Below, piece by piece: positions 61,447 through 64,000 of a stretch of 64,000 bases of DNA. Both the position numbers and the translations under genes were made by a program. The stretch's first letter is position 1, and every line of letters starts with the position of its first letter. Source of the stretch: Stegostoma tigrinum (Eukaryota); the NCBI RefSeq assembly GCF_030684315.1, contig NC_081399.1, positions 6,186,113 through 6,250,112 on the forward strand, given 5' to 3'. The notes below the pieces were generated by a model. That model had not been told where the DNA came from. It ran no database searches and saw only the letters and a list, made by a program, of their open reading frames with translations.

Positions 61447-63566
61447 ATGAACAGTAATGACGCGGTTAAACGACATAGTACGTTGTTATGAGAAAGACAA
61501 AACACAGAGTGTCCTTTGAAAGTGTACAAAGACCTACACTGACCCCATCTCGGGAGTTGACATTGACAGGAAGGGCCTAATTGTCTTCATGCATTCTGTA
61601 GGGTCCCTTGTTTTGGTGAAATACGCAACATTCTTGGGGCAAAATGCTACATTGTTCCGTGCAGCGAGGCTTTTTCCATCAATGTTTGACTGTGTGTTTC
61701 TTTAAAATAATACACTGGAAATGGGCTGAAGCAGCGATGCATGCCAGAGGAGCCACAGAGGAGTGCTGATCTGCCAGTAGTGCGCTGTTTGCGAGTTGGC
61801 ACCAAAACGAGTAATCTCTCGAGTAAATAATCACAGATTTGACCCAGTCCTTTTGTTTAAGAGCACGTCAGTGTTGAAACGCTTTCATGAATGTCACTGA
61901 GTGGCTTGGCTGTCCATTTCAGGGGAGGTTAATGGTGCATCGCAATGTTGTGCGTCTGGTATCGCATATGGTCGACATTGGGGTAAGATGGGTAAATTTG
62001 GGTGTCATTCGAGCAGAAAGAATGGTTCATCTGAATCTCAGTGCATAGAAGGATTAAATAAATGTACTAACACGGGATGTATTGGAATTGAAAGAGTTAT
62101 TCTGTGTTTTGTGAGTGTGTTGTTTCCTGAGATTATAACAGTCATTCACTTTCCATCAAATATAGAATTGCTTGCTATTAAACTTTGATGGTGATATCCA
62201 GTTTCAAGGCCACATCAGACTTCAGCATGACTCTAATGTCTCTTCTGGAGTGAATGAGTAAAAGATAACTGAGTTTTGGAATGAATTTGTTTCTTCACCT
62301 GCCAGATCGTGAAGTCACCCAAATCTCAGCGGTGTAAATAGGAAATGTGCATTTGTGTGGATGTATTGAAGCGGACGTGAAACACTGAGAGTGGTGAGTA
62401 AAGGATGTTGCTGTGAAGAGGAAGAAGGCGTTGTTTTCACTCTGGCTGCTGCACAGCCCTGGAGGCCAGCAGATGAAATATTGCTCGAGAGGGTTGATTC
62501 CAAACAACAAGGAAAGAATCACACAGAGGACATCAGTGGATATAATGTTTGGTGAGACAGATCTGCGGGAGAGATGAGATGCTCTGGTATCCTGGATACA
62601 GGACATGAATTATTTGGGAGATTGTAGAGTATCTGGGTGATTTGGAGACTTTGGGAATAATACAGGGGGTCTCCAGTGGAGATAGGCTTGAGTTTTTCAC
62701 AACAATGAAATATTCCTTGGAGTGAACACAGGAAACTCATTTCAATAAGATAAGTGACGTTCCTCAGAGACACAGTTTTCCACTCATTTGAGAAGTGAAT
62801 AACTAGTCGGGGTGGGGGCGGGAGTCAGGTGAGTTTTAAGAGTTCCACGTGGAAGAAGGTGGACTCTTCCATGTGATGAAAAAAAATGTATCGATTGTAT
62901 CGAACTTTAAAGCACGGCTCTATGAGACAAAGGTTTGGAAGCGGATTTAAAAATGACATTAGAAAGTTGATCAGAGTAAGGATGTGAATGGAAACGATTC
63001 TCTAGTTACTAGACCAAGATCAAAAGGAGATGGAGATGACACAAGTCCTTGAAAACCATTGTGAAAATCTGTGACCGTCACTGAGTGGTTAAACTCGCCC
63101 ATTTCAGTAGAAAACTAATGGCTAACAACATAGCAGTGTGAGTAGATTTACAGTTAGACCACATGGGCGAAACAAGCTTTGAATCTGCCATTCAAACATG
63201 CCCATCAGAACCTCGTTTTGAAGAAAATGGATATTAAATATCAGAGAAACTCTTCTGAGTTTTGTGAGCAAGTCGTTTCCAAACATTTTAACAGTCAATT
63301 TCATTTCATTAAACCCAGCATTGCCTGTGAGAAATTCGCACACAAATATAATTTTCTCTTCTGGGGGATCTTTCAGACTCGTTCTGGAGTTATCGCTCCC
63401 TTTGCTGGAAAGGCTAAGGATAAGAGATTGAGGTTACTGGCTAAATTGTTCCCTGCGAGATAGTAAAGTCATCTGTCCTTTAACAGAATATGTGTCCTGA
63501 ACATCAATCGTCTAACCCCACCTGCTGGTGAGAAATGAATCCTGAACATCCCTGGTGTCGAATGCA

Positions 63567-63605
63567 GGTTTTTGTAGCTGCAAAGACAATAACTTCAACA
63601 ATGTG
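63567..63605 (-). other. 23-RSS of V8
   Basis: CACATTG (63599-63605), 23-nt spacer, perfect nonamer ACAAAAACC. Confidence 0.9.
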
Positions 63606-63899
63606 TATTACCGCATGCGCAGAAATAGACAGCCGTGTGAGATGGAGAGGTATCTTTCAGTTCTAAAGTAAACGTCGTTTCACTGGGTCTTTTAGCCTGA
63701 TAAGATTCGGATGTATAACTTGTAATTAAACCTTCACCAGCAGAGTAGAATAAAGCTTCTATTGCCCTGCTGGGTTGCTGTCTGTGCCAGTACCTATCTC
63801 TGTAAACTGTATTCTTCAGAATGCGTCTAAGTGTATTTGAGTCCTCTCTCTTAATCGAAACACTAGAAGGAGACTGCTCCACGTAGAAGGACAGATTTC
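63606..63899 (-). CDS. TRBV: TCR V exon V8 (family B): open frame but Cys23>Arg; leader outside the window
   Basis: NLSFYVEQSPSSVSIKREDSNTLRRILKNTVYRDRYWHRQ...HTAVYFCACG. CGC at 63823-63825 replaces TGC. Confidence 0.85.
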
Positions 63900-64000
63900 C
63901 TGTCGAATATAAAATGAAAAAAGTCACATTTTTGACATTAATTAATCAGGACAAAGGGTGCATTTTACTAGAACATTTCCAGTCATGTAAAACCTGTTAC

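Noticed and set aside
1-64000. D, J or C segments; NAR-TCR or IgH-like V segments
   Set aside because: I noticed no 12-RSS-flanked D, FGxG J motif or C1 exon. A short D could be missed by eye.

Overview
Eukaryotic (shark/elasmobranch) genomic DNA containing part of a germline T-cell receptor V-gene array, most likely TCR-beta (TRBV). All V segments are on the minus strand, so any D-J-C region probably lies beyond the left edge. I find 10 V elements. Family A (46-nt leader exon): V1 5720-6684, V2 9101-9987, V3 30213-30953, and two 3'-only relics at about 22180 and 25124. Family B (49-nt leader exon): V4 45721-46624, V5 48204-53072, pseudogene V6 57583-57869, V7 59246-60022, and V8 63606-63899, which lacks the first Cys and whose leader is off-window. 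Six genes (V1-V5, V7) have in-phase GT-AG leader/V splicing and 23-bp-spacer RSSs. The intergenic DNA consists of tandem segmental duplications filled with retroelements: two near-full-length young CR1 LINEs, many old CR1/L2-type fragments, Rex1/Babar, Tx1/L1, HE1-type V-SINEs, and Penelope elements carrying hammerhead ribozyme cores. Highlights: CTCF/E-box-like motifs at a fixed 38 bp from family B RSSs; ETS:RUNX composites and CRE-like decamers in V promoters; a second perfect heptamer nested in the V3 RSS; start-codon turnover in V4; and V5, which carries an intronic CR1 with a predicted splice trap plus an inverted Penelope hairpin with ribozyme cores upstream. There are no prokaryotic features. 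Locus and taxon assignments are inferences made without database searches.
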